A stretch of DNA of 64,000 bases, taken from an uncultured Spirochaetota bacterium. Lineage in GTDB: Bacteria; Spirochaetota; Spirochaetia; SZUA-6; Fen-1364. A model generated the notes under the pieces. It was not told where the DNA came from. It saw nothing but the letters and a program-made list of their open reading frames with translations, and did no database searches. Made by a program: the position numbers and the translations under genes. Below, piece after piece: positions 9,025 through 18,069 of the stretch. Within the stretch, counting starts at the first letter, position 1. Each line of letters begins with the position of its first letter. Location: NCBI GenBank assembly GCA_963734545.1, contig CAVTHO010000005.1:686633-750632 (forward strand), given 5' to 3'.

Positions 9025-9345
9025 ATGCGCCTTTTCGAAGCCATCCTCATCGTGCTTGCCGGACAACTCGCGCTGGCCGTTGCGGTCATGGGCGGACGCC
9101 GCCCGAAGTGGGCAAATCTCCTTCCGCTCATTCTCCTGGCGCCGCTTGCCGCGCACCTGGCGCTCGAGAGAGCGCGATGGCAGATGGCCCCCGCGTACCT
9201 GGTTGCCTTGGGCTTTTGCCTTGCGGGGATCATTCGCTACGCGAGCGGAGACGCCCCCCGTCCTCGAACAGCATCGACGGTGATGGGGATCGCCGGCTTC
9301 CTGCTGCTGATGCTGAGTGCGGCCGTTGTCGCGTTTTCTCGATGA
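9025..9345 (+). CDS. Small membrane protein, possibly the isolated N-terminal membrane anchor of an alpha/beta hydrolase
   Basis: MRLFEAILIV...ERARWQMAPAY; 3-4 hydrophobic segments; GGGAG RBS. Confidence 0.55.
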   Translation: MRLFEAILIVLAGQLALAVAVMGGRRPKWANLLPLILLAPLAAHLALERARWQMAPAYLVALGFCLAGIIRYASGDAPRPRTASTVMGIAGFLLLMLSAAVVAFSR

Positions 9346-9360
9346 ATCGCCCGAGGAGGC

Positions 9361-10485
9361 CTACTCGAGCGCCCGCCGGGATTCCTTGAGCTGTTCGATG
9401 ATGGGGAGGTTCTGCGGGCATTTTTTCTCGCACTCGCCGCATTCGATGCAGGCGTCCGCCTTCTTTCCCGTGACCCACTGGTTGGTGCCGATCTCCCGAT
9501 ACATCTTCCTTGCCGTGTCTTCCAGTCCCCACACGCGGGAGTGATTCATCGCTTCGAATATGCGGGGAATGTTCACTTCCTGCGGGCAGGGCATGCAGTA
9601 CTTGCAGCCGGTGCAGTACAGGTCCATGAACTTCTGGTTCTGTTCCGCGGTCACCCGAATCCTCTCCTCCTCGCCCGCGTCGAGCCAGGATCCGCGCGAG
9701 GCGGTGGCCACGTTCTGTTCCACCTGCTCCATCGTGGACATCCCGCTCAGGGCAACGGTGACCGAGGGGTTGGAAAGCACGAAGCGCAGGGCGAGCTCCG
9801 GAGTGCTGATCTTGTCGCCTCCCGGAAGCATGCGCGTAATCACGTCACTCGGACTGTCGAGTCTGCCCCCGCCGACGGGGCCCATGATGACCACACCGAG
9901 CCCGCGGGAAGCCGCGTAGGCGATGCCCTCTTCGCACCTTCGGTCAAGGAGGTTGTACTGGCAGAGCATGCTCTCGAAATACCCCGTGTCCACGAGCTTG
10001 CGAATTTCGGCGGCATCCGAGTGGAAGGAAAAGGAGAGATGCCGGGCAAGGCCTTCTTCCTTCAAGGCGAGGAACGCTTTCAGGGGCCCTCCCTTGATAT
10101 CGATCCTGGTCTGGAAAAACTCCCACGAAATGCCCCAGAGATGGTAGAAGTCCACGTACTCCACGCCGAGCAGGGCAAGGCTCGTTTCGAATTTCTGCCG
10201 AAGATCCGCCGCGGTCGGCTTCTCCTGGGCGTACTTCGTGGAAACGAAGACTTTTCCCCTGTCCATTGCCTTGAGGGCTTCCCCGAGCGTCCTCTCCGAG
10301 TCCTGGGCACAGTACCACTTGCCGGTGTCGAAGTAGGTGACACCGAGCTGATATCCGCGCAGCAGCATGGGAATGGCCTTGTCGCGATCCACGGTCCGTT
10401 CGTCCTTCATGGGAAGGCGCATGCAGCCGAATCCAAGGGTGGAGAGCTGCACTCCCGTTGTGCCCATTGCGCGGTATGTCATCAT
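9361..10485 (-). CDS. Aldo/keto reductase with C-terminal 4Fe-4S dicluster domain
   Basis: LGFGCMRLP, YFDTGKWY, CTGCKYCMPCP, CIECGECEKKCP. Confidence 0.9.
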   Translation of the reverse strand: MMTYRAMGTTGVQLSTLGFGCMRLPMKDERTVDRDKAIPMLLRGYQLGVTYFDTGKWYCAQDSERTLGEALKAMDRGKVFVSTKYAQEKPTAADLRQKFETSLALLGVEYVDFYHLWGISWEFFQTRIDIKGGPLKAFLALKEEGLARHLSFSFHSDAAEIRKLVDTGYFESMLCQYNLLDRRCEEGIAYAASRGLGVVIMGPVGGGRLDSPSDVITRMLPGGDKISTPELALRFVLSNPSVTVALSGMSTMEQVEQNVATASRGSWLDAGEEERIRVTAEQNQKFMDLYCTGCKYCMPCPQEVNIPRIFEAMNHSRVWGLEDTARKMYREIGTNQWVTGKKADACIECGECEKKCPQNLPIIEQLKESRRALE

Positions 10486-10567
10486 GTGGTGTATTCTCCG
10501 GCTCGATACAGGTATGCGGAGAACTATATATCAAATTGACCAAGGGCACAACTGAGCGGCGCGCCGC

Positions 10568-11408
10568 TCAGATGGCTTTGACCGCCCGCTCGTCGGGGAG
10601 GGGGCGCTCCCCCTCCGCCTGCCCGCGCGGAGGGTGTTTCACCAGACGGGGCATGATGCCGCGGTACATCGTCTTGCATCCCCTCTCCCGGTCGATCGTT
10701 GCCTGCATGCTCGCGCGCACCTGCCCGGCGAGGCTCTTCGCGGCTCTCTTCAATGACACGCCGTCTTCACCCTGGCCGGCGGCAGGGAGGAGCGTCAGGG
10801 GAACCGGCACCGGCGCGCCGATCACGATGGTGACCCGGGGCGGAAGAAGGATGTCGCGCCCGGCGACGCGGAAAGGAGCGCCTGCCGCGCCAGCGGGTTT
10901 CGTGCAGCACGGTGGTGATCGGCACAAGCGGGACGTTGAGCCTGCACGCGAGCAGGAACGCCCCCGGGTGAAACGCCTGGATCTCCTGGTTCTCGCGATA
11001 GCATTCCCCTTCGGGGAAGAAGTGTATGAATCCGAGCTCGCGCAAGGCCGTGCGGGCTGCCGTGTCCAGGAGGCGCAGGGCGCCGGGACGCTCGGGAATG
11101 GGCACTCCGCCGAGCAGCCGTACGAAGGTGCCCAGGAACGGGATGAGCGCGGTTTCCTCCAGCATCGTGAAGTAGGTTCTGTGGGGGCGGATGGCGTGGG
11201 CGAGGATGCCGGGATCCAGGAGGAGCGTGTGGTTGCTCACGAGGACCGCGCCGCCGGTCCGGGGCAGGTTTTCTCTTCCCTTGATCCTCACCCGGTATGC
11301 AAGCCAATCGACGATCCTGACCATCGCGACCACCAGGTGATAGAGGATGATGAACGGCGGAAACGGCGGGGTGAATCCGATGATGTTCGCGCCTTTGCGG
11401 TACGCCAA
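10568..11408 (-). CDS. PlsC-like lysophospholipid acyltransferase, frameshift near 10873
   Basis: VSNHTLLLD (HX4D), FFPEG, VPLVPI; continues in another frame as PPRVTIVIGAPV. Confidence 0.8.
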
Positions 11409-11418
11409 TCCCTGCTCC

Positions 11419-12572
11419 CTATTGGAGGGTCCGGCCCTTCCAGATGATGCCCTGGCCCGAGCTCGCCCGGCCGAAGCTCCACCACGCCATGTAGAGGAGG
11501 TGAGCGAAGAGCACGGGGTAGAGAAACGGTGTCCACCACCGCAGGCCGCGATCGTAGAGAACGAGCGCCCAGGCGGCGAGGAAGAGCAGCACGCAGAGGA
11601 AGGTCAGCTGCGCGGCGGGGCTTCCCGTGAGGATCTGAATGGGGAGCAGCGCGAGGGGAAGCACGACGAATGTCACGAGGAGCGTCACCGCGGCGGCGAA
11701 GAACATGGTCCGGTTCCGCGCCAGGTCGTAGATGTTCTTGGAGATGCCATTGAAGGAGGCGCGATAGCCGTCGTACATCCGGCAGCGGACGTGCCGGCGG
11801 ATGTCCAGGAACACCTCCCGGTAGCCGGCCCTTTTCAGCTCACGGGCAACGGCCAGGTCATCGCTTATCTTTTCCGCCACGCGCGCGTACCCGCCAATTG
11901 CCTCGAAGGCGCTCCTCCTGAAGAGGATCAACTGACCGATGGCAAAGGAGAGACCGGGGGCCGGCAGGGCGGCGATGAGCCAGAGCGGGAGGACCATGGC
12001 GGACATGATGTAGGTGGCCGGGACGATGAACTGCTCGCCGATGGTGTTCAGCTCCTGGAAAACGTAGCCGGAGAGGCAGTCCGCCCTGTGCCATTCCATG
12101 TTCGTGACCGCCCAGGCGATGCTCTCCCGCCCGTGCACCGTGTCCGCATCGGTGAAGAGCAGATAGTCACCGCGCGCGTGCCGGGAGAGCTGCTGCATGG
12201 CGTGCGGTTTCCCGCTCCAGCCCCTGCCCGGCAGGGGCTCGCCTCTTATCGCGCGTATCCTGCCCGGGGTTTCGGCGCGCGTAGTCGGCAAAGGACTTCC
12301 CACGTTCGATCGGTGGACTGGTCGTTCAGCACGACTATCTCGTAGTTGGAATACGTCTGCTCCAGGAGAGAATCCAGGCACGGCCCGATATTCTTTTCCT
12401 CATCTCGCGCGGGGATGAGCACGGAAACCATCCTCCCGCGGGTGATGCGCGGCCTGTGGGAGCTGAGACGCAGCCAGACGATGTTGGAAATGGAAAGCAG
12501 CAGGAAATACGCGGCGCCGAGGAAAAACAAGAGTCGTACCGTATGATCCAGCAGTACGATGAGGGCGATCAT
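11419..12572 (-). CDS. Membrane GT2 glycosyltransferase (CrtQ/CruC-like), frameshift at about 12265-12295
   Basis: VSVLIPARDEE, NDQSTDRT, GWSGKPHA, LFTDADT, AIGGY, SDDLAVAR, CRMY; split over two ORFs. Confidence 0.8.
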
Positions 12573-12645
12573 GGGCAACTCTCCTCTACATCGACGGCCA
12601 ATGCATAGACAGCCTATGCTAATATAGTCTGCCGCTGTCGGGGGG

Positions 12646-12673
12646 TCAAGATCGCGCTCATGGGGGACGATAC
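12646..12673 (+). promoter_or_regulatory. Candidate sigma28 (FliA) promoter
   Basis: TCAA-N16-GACGATAC versus consensus TAAA-N15/16-GCCGATAA, ending 6 nt before ATG 12680. Confidence 0.4.
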
Positions 12674-12679
12674 AAGAGT

Positions 12680-12859
12680 ATGATACCAGGAATCTCTCGA
12701 GGCGCCGCGGACTTTTCACGCTCCCTGGAAGCTCTGGCCGCTTTGCTCAAGAGCTCCAACGAGCAGACAATGCAGATGGCTGAAAAACTGCTCAAGGTCG
12801 ACGTTGCGCAGAGCATTCAGGACTCAGCGGTCGGCGCGCGTATCGACGTTTCTGCCTGA
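12680..12859 (+). CDS. 59-aa YjfB-like (putative motility) small protein
   Basis: Below the ORF-track cutoff; MIPGISRGAADFSRSLEALAALLKSSNEQTMQMAEKLLKVDVAQSIQDSAVGARIDVSA, with a terminal GxxIDxxA motif. Confidence 0.65.
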   Translation: MIPGISRGAADFSRSLEALAALLKSSNEQTMQMAEKLLKVDVAQSIQDSAVGARIDVSA

Positions 12860-12893
12860 AAGGTATTCACCCCCCTTCACGAAGGATCGGCCC

Positions 12894-13343
12894 ATGAGAG
12901 AGACACACAATTTCATTCATGCCGTGGGCAGGGACTTTTTCTTCAAGCTGATCCTGATCCTTCTTCTCTATTCCCTCGTGCCGCTCGCGGAAATCTTCCT
13001 CTTCATCTATCTGGGTGAGCTCATGGGCAACTATCTCGTGCTCATCATTGCAGCAGTGGCAGGCATGGCGGGAGCGCTGATCGCGTTCGGCCAGGCGCAG
13101 GGCGTGACGGAACGGCTCAGGGCGCAGCTCCGCGCCGGCAGATACCCGGGCCGGGAATTCGCGGACCTGGCGGGCATCATCGTGGCCGGGGTCCTCCTCG
13201 TCACGCCGGGTTTCATCACGGACCTTTGCGGCTACCTCCTGATGATCCCCGCCCTGCGTAACGGCCTTCGCGATATTCTGAAGGTCAAGCTCGAGAAGAG
13301 CTTCAGGGAAATCTACGCGTATCTGAGGTTGTCGTCATTGTAA
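12894..13343 (+). CDS. fxsA: FxsA-family membrane protein
   Basis: VPLAEIFLFI, AGVLLVTPGFITDLCG. Confidence 0.85.
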   Translation: MRETHNFIHAVGRDFFFKLILILLLYSLVPLAEIFLFIYLGELMGNYLVLIIAAVAGMAGALIAFGQAQGVTERLRAQLRAGRYPGREFADLAGIIVAGVLLVTPGFITDLCGYLLMIPALRNGLRDILKVKLEKSFREIYAYLRLSSL

Positions 13344-13362
13344 ACGAGGCGGTTCCCGGCCG

Positions 13363-14094
13363 CTACAGCCTGAAGATTTTGTATCCCAGCAGCAGGACGA
13401 GATAGTACAGGTACGGGAACACGGCCGCGACGCGCCACGGCTTGCGCCCGATGCCGGACAACACGCCGAGCCCCGCTGCGTGCAGGCGCTTCGACGTCTG
13501 CTTCTCCCGGCCGGCGAACACCTCGAAACAGTTGCCCGACCAGAGCGAGATCCCGGGGTTCAGCTCCTTCTTGTGCCGGAGGATCCATTTGTCCTTGCCG
13601 GGCACGCCCGTGCCGACCATGAGCATGGAGGGTGAGGATTTCTTGATCGCGGTGACGATGTCTCCTTCCACCAGCTTCGGGAAGAATCCGTAGAACCTGC
13701 CGACCACGCGGATCCCGTGGAATGAGCCGAGCAGGTTCTGCTCCGCCACCTCCAGCACCTCTTTGCGCGAGCCGAGCATGTACACGGAGCCCTTGGCCTT
13801 CTCGATGACGCTGAGAATCCGGATGATGTGCTCGAACGAGTTGAAGAGGCTCACCGGCCCGGTCCTGAGGAATCGGGCCCCCTGCACGATGGGAAGCGAC
13901 ACGGGAAGCACGAGCGCCGCGTCACGCAGGCAGCGCATGAGCTCGGCGTCATGACGCGCCCGCAGCAGTCCCCGCAGGGAGAGGAAGACGACCTGGTTGT
14001 GCTGCCCGTTGTCCAGCAGCTCCTCGATCACCTTGCCCGAGATCTCCGGGTCGATGCTGTCCACGGGCACATCGAGAACTTTTACCCTCTTCAC
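13363..14094 (-). CDS. WecB/TagA/CpsF-family glycosyltransferase
   Basis: VKVLDVPVDSI, SVYMLGS, GIRVVGRFYGFF, MLMVGTGVPGKDKWI; GTG start overlaps the rsmE stop. Confidence 0.8.
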   Translation of the reverse strand: MKRVKVLDVPVDSIDPEISGKVIEELLDNGQHNQVVFLSLRGLLRARHDAELMRCLRDAALVLPVSLPIVQGARFLRTGPVSLFNSFEHIIRILSVIEKAKGSVYMLGSRKEVLEVAEQNLLGSFHGIRVVGRFYGFFPKLVEGDIVTAIKKSSPSMLMVGTGVPGKDKWILRHKKELNPGISLWSGNCFEVFAGREKQTSKRLHAAGLGVLSGIGRKPWRVAAVFPYLYYLVLLLGYKIFRL

Positions 14095-14849
14095 TCTTGT
14101 TGCGCCGGTATCCACGCGTCCCTCTCCTGAAGTATCGTTTTGACAGCACCGAGAGCGTACAGGGCAGCGGTCTCCACCCGCAGCACGCTGCCGCCGAGAT
14201 ACGCGGGGTGGAAGCCGGCGCCCTGAAGGAGTGCCGCCTCGTCCGCAGAAAGACCGCCCTCGGGGCCGATCAGAATTGCGACCGACCGGGGCGATCTGGC
14301 AAGGAGCTGGTGCAGCGTCGCGCCGCCAAGAGGCCGCTCGTGGAAGAACAATGCCGTGCCCCACTCTTCCGCGCTCTTCGCGATCGACACGAGGCTTCGC
14401 GGCTCCTCGATCAGGGGCAGCCACGACGCACCGCTCTGCTGGAGCGCCTCGCGGGCGATCTTGCGCAGCCGCGGCACCCGGGCGTCCCTCTCGTCCGGCC
14501 GCACCTGCGAGTGCTCGCTCAGGACAAGCACGATCCGCGCGACTCCGGCCTCCGTGGCCTGGCGGACAATGAGATCTATTTTCCGTCCCTTTGGCAAGCA
14601 CTGCATCAGCGTGATCCGGATGCCCGGAGGGGACGGGAGGGCGGCAGCCGCCGGAGCGAGCTCCGCGTCACACGCCGTTCGTCCCACCCGCACGATCCGC
14701 ATCACGAAAGCGGCGCCGTGTGCGTCCACCGCTGTCAGCTCGTCCCCCGCCCGCTTTCGCAGCACGCGCGCAAGGTAGCGGAAATCTTGGCCGGTAAGGG
14801 AGATGAGACTTTCACCCCTGTACCAGCCTGGGAGAAGAAACTGTTTCAA
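14091..14849 (-). CDS. rsmE: 16S rRNA m3U1498 methyltransferase
   Basis: RVLR, KIDLIVRQATEAGV, EALQQS, LIGPEGGLS, LRVETA. Confidence 0.9.
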   Translation of the reverse strand: MKQFLLPGWYRGESLISLTGQDFRYLARVLRKRAGDELTAVDAHGAAFVMRIVRVGRTACDAELAPAAAALPSPPGIRITLMQCLPKGRKIDLIVRQATEAGVARIVLVLSEHSQVRPDERDARVPRLRKIAREALQQSGASWLPLIEEPRSLVSIAKSAEEWGTALFFHERPLGGATLHQLLARSPRSVAILIGPEGGLSADEAALLQGAGFHPAYLGGSVLRVETAALYALGAVKTILQERDAWIPAQQE

Positions 14850-14852
14850 TCC

Positions 14853-16259
14853 CTAAATCTTCACCCCGATCTGGTGATTCTCCAGCGCTTTTACCGCGGC
14901 CTGCAGCACGATATCGAAGTCCAGGTCGTACATCGGAGGGTTGTTGTTGGTCAGGTTCACCTGGTTGCGGATGAGGCGCCGCAGATAGCGGTCGTTCAGC
15001 GTGATGCCCTTGGCGTGCAGGCTGCCGATGAACTGTGTCACCTGATCGTCGGTGGGCTTCGGGTTCGCCTTCGCGAAGTCCTTGAGGCTGGTGCCGTTCA
15101 AGAGGTCATTCAATGCCTTCTGCTCGGCTTCCGTGAGCTCGGGCTCCTGGAACTTGCGGTCGGGCTCGATGCCCACCTTGTCGATGGTCACACCCGAGGG
15201 GAGATAGTAGCGTGACGTGGTGAGGCGGAATCCCCCGTCACCCAGCGCTTCCACCGTCTGCACGGAACCCTTCCCATAGGTCTTCTCTCCAAAGAGGGTC
15301 GCCCGGTGATAGTCGCGCAGCGCGCCGGAGACGATCTCGGATGCGGAGGCCGACCACTTGTCCACGAGCACGACGACGGGGATCTTCGTGTCCACCATCA
15401 TCCGGTTCTTGCGCGCGTTGTACATCAGGTTTTCGCTGGCCACCCGCTCGCTCTTTCTCTGTACGATGAGCCCCTGGTCGATGAACAGGTTCGCCACGTC
15501 CACCGCCGCCGTCAGAAGCCCGCCCGGATCTCCACGGAGGTCGAGTATCATTCCCGTGTAGCCGGCTTCGACAAAGGACCTGATGGCGGCGCGGCACCGC
15601 TCGGCCGTCTGGGGGGTGAACTCGGCGATGCGCAGGTAGCCGATGTTCCCGGGCATCATGGTGGACTTCACCGTCGGCACCTCGATGATGTCGCGGGTGA
15701 TCGTGGCGTCGAACTCGATTGCATCGCCCCGCTTGAGGGTGACCGTGACGTTGGTCTTGGGAGCCCCGCGCAGCTTGTCGACGATGGCCTCGAGAGCCAT
15801 CGTCCCCACCGGATCCCCGTTCACCTTGATGATGATATCTCCCGCGGAGACGCCGGCCCTGTAGGCGGGTGTCCCTTCGATGGCGGATTCGACCTGCGCG
15901 CCCACCTTCTCCACCTTCGAGATGACGAGACCCACGCCCCCGAATACGCCGGTCGTGGTGTCCGAGATCTTGCGCCATTCCATTGCATTGTGATACGCGG
16001 AGTTGGGATCCCCGAGCGCCTCGAACATGCCCTTCATCGCCCCTTCGTACAGGGCCTTGGCTTGCGCCTTGTCCGCATCCACATACGTGTCGCGGACATA
16101 GCGCATCATGTCGCCTATCGTGCTGATGTACGCCTGCGTCTCGTCCTCGGTGCTTCCCGCGAGGAGCCGTGGTGAAACCGCGAAAAAGGCCAGCCCGGCG
16201 AGGAGGACCGCGGTCACGACGGTCCAGACGAGGCGTTCACGTGATCCGAAGAATTTCAT
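14853..16259 (-). CDS. ctpA: S41 C-terminal processing protease with PDZ domain
   Basis: FGGVG PDZ motif, LDLRGDPGGLL, SASASEI, TYGKGSVQ. Confidence 0.9.
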   Translation of the reverse strand: MKFFGSRERLVWTVVTAVLLAGLAFFAVSPRLLAGSTEDETQAYISTIGDMMRYVRDTYVDADKAQAKALYEGAMKGMFEALGDPNSAYHNAMEWRKISDTTTGVFGGVGLVISKVEKVGAQVESAIEGTPAYRAGVSAGDIIIKVNGDPVGTMALEAIVDKLRGAPKTNVTVTLKRGDAIEFDATITRDIIEVPTVKSTMMPGNIGYLRIAEFTPQTAERCRAAIRSFVEAGYTGMILDLRGDPGGLLTAAVDVANLFIDQGLIVQRKSERVASENLMYNARKNRMMVDTKIPVVVLVDKWSASASEIVSGALRDYHRATLFGEKTYGKGSVQTVEALGDGGFRLTTSRYYLPSGVTIDKVGIEPDRKFQEPELTEAEQKALNDLLNGTSLKDFAKANPKPTDDQVTQFIGSLHAKGITLNDRYLRRLIRNQVNLTNNNPPMYDLDFDIVLQAAVKALENHQIGVKI

Positions 16260-16280
16260 TCACTTCTCCCCAGGGGCATC

Positions 16281-16308
16281 ATTCTATGCGCCTGCCCCTG
16301 ATTGTCAA
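16281..16308 (-). promoter_or_regulatory. Sigma70 promoter for ctpA-rsmE-wecB
   Basis: TTGACA-N16-TAGAAT upstream of the GGGGAG RBS. Confidence 0.55.
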
Positions 16309-16394
16309 TGTACTCAAATCTCTCGTACGCGCGCAGGCTCTCCGCGTGCCTCCCTTGACCTCGATTTCCCCGCATGGCTACACTTCCGCTGAAC

Positions 16395-16883
16395 ATGAAG
16401 GCTCGAAGGGTACTGCTCTTCGTCGGCTCCCTGTGGGAGATCGTGCGATTCTTCCTCCTGATCTCCCTTCTTGCGTTCCTGCTTCACGCCGTCAGCGGTA
16501 CGGGGCGATGGGTGCTCCCCTGGCTCCTCCTGTGCGGCTCGGGCAATCTGCTCGTGGGCGTCGGCGGGATCATGCTCTCTCTCTTTCCGGAAAAGAACGG
16601 CGGCGTGGTCGGGCTGCTTCGCCTCGGCAAGATCCTTTCCCTCTTTTCCTACGCGCTCATCCTGGTTTCGGGAGCCATGCGCATGGCCATAGGCCTGCAG
16701 GTCCTCGCCATTGGGGAATTCGCCGTGACGCTCGCCGCCGTGCTCTTCATCGTATTCGTACTGGATCTGCTCTTCCTGGCGGTTCTCCTCGCCTGGCGGG
16801 CAGGGGAAGCGCGGCGGGAGCTTCCCGCCGGCAGCGCCGATCTTGCCGAGTACACGGAGACGGAGGCGCAAGATTTTCATTAG
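16395..16883 (+). CDS. Hypothetical membrane protein (about 4 TM)
   Basis: Four hydrophobic segments and an acidic tail; codon bias. Confidence 0.7.
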   Translation: MKARRVLLFVGSLWEIVRFFLLISLLAFLLHAVSGTGRWVLPWLLLCGSGNLLVGVGGIMLSLFPEKNGGVVGLLRLGKILSLFSYALILVSGAMRMAIGLQVLAIGEFAVTLAAVLFIVFVLDLLFLAVLLAWRAGEARRELPAGSADLAEYTETEAQDFH

Positions 16884-16901
16884 CCGCAGGACGCACACGC
16901 A

Positions 16902-18068
16902 ATGGTGATCCTCCCGATCGCGAGTGGAAAGGGCGGGGTCGGGAAGTCACTCCTGGCCACCAACCTCGCCGTCGCGCTCGCGGAAGCGGGGCGGAAGGTC
17001 GTGCTTGCCGATCTCGACCTGGGCGCCTCCAACGCCCATACGATGCTCGGCATCCGCTCGGTGAGCCGGGGCATCGGCACGTTCCTCTCGCTTCCCCGCA
17101 TGAAATTCGAAGAGATCGTTCTGCCCACCGAATACGATGGGTTGTCATTCATCGCCGGTGACGCGGACATACCGGGCATCGCGAATCTCAAGTCGGCGCA
17201 GAAGAGGCGTCTCATCCGCTGCCTGGAGGCGCTCCCGGCTGATTACCTTGTCCTCGACCTCGGGCCGGGCGCCGGCGCAAACGCGCTCGATTTCTTCCTT
17301 CTCAGTGCCTTCGGCATCGTTGTGACCACCCCTGCCTTGACCGCCATTCTCAACGCGTACCTTTTTCTGAAGAACGTGGTGTTCAGACTCATGTATGCGA
17401 CCGTGGACAAGGGGTCCTCCGGGGCGTTCGGCGTGCTGGAGGAAATGCGCAGGGACCCGGGCGGTCTGCAGAAGGCGTACGTTCCACGCATAATGGAGAA
17501 GATCGGGGCGGTGGATCCGGTCAGCCATGCGAAGCTTTCCGGAGTTCTCGACCGGCTCAAGCCCCGGCTCGTGCTCAACATGCTGGAGGACCCGGCGGAC
17601 GCGGACAAAATGGACAAGCTGCGCCGTTCGGCTCGTGAATACCTCGGCATCGAGCTCGTGCACCTGGGGGTCATTTACAGGGATGAGCTGCAGGGTGTCG
17701 CGCTGGGATCCCGCATTCCGATTGTCCGCTACAAGCCCGGCTCGGTCCTTTCCCGGGCCGTGTATCGCATTTCGGACAAGATCGTGTCGGCGCTTCCTGT
17801 CGAAGCCGCGAATGAAGGATGGCCCGCGCCCTCGGAGGCCGCGGAATCCGACGACGCGGGATTCCAGGCAGCCGAGTCCGAGGCGGAATCGGATTTCCAG
17901 GCCATGCGGCGCGATCTGGAGGACCTGCTCCACTCCGGCGCCCTCACGACGGGGGACCTGGTCGAGGCGGTGCGTACCCAGCAGCTCGAGCTCGCGACCC
18001 TCCGCAGGGAGAACGCCATCCTGCGCGCACGGCTTCTGCGCGCGGTTCGGGAAGGCGCCCGGGCCTGA
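16902..18068 (+). CDS. MinD/FlhG-family P-loop ATPase with C-terminal coiled-coil extension
   Basis: ASGKGGVGKS deviant Walker A, DLDLGASN, LVLDLGPG. Confidence 0.85.
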   Translation: MVILPIASGKGGVGKSLLATNLAVALAEAGRKVVLADLDLGASNAHTMLGIRSVSRGIGTFLSLPRMKFEEIVLPTEYDGLSFIAGDADIPGIANLKSAQKRRLIRCLEALPADYLVLDLGPGAGANALDFFLLSAFGIVVTTPALTAILNAYLFLKNVVFRLMYATVDKGSSGAFGVLEEMRRDPGGLQKAYVPRIMEKIGAVDPVSHAKLSGVLDRLKPRLVLNMLEDPADADKMDKLRRSAREYLGIELVHLGVIYRDELQGVALGSRIPIVRYKPGSVLSRAVYRISDKIVSALPVEAANEGWPAPSEAAESDDAGFQAAESEAESDFQAMRRDLEDLLHSGALTTGDLVEAVRTQQLELATLRRENAILRARLLRAVREGARA

Positions 18069-18069
18069 C

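Noticed and set aside
12281-12289. Extra copy of the REP core GTAGTCGGC
   Set aside because: A 9-bp match inside coding sequence without the palindrome; chance in GC-rich DNA
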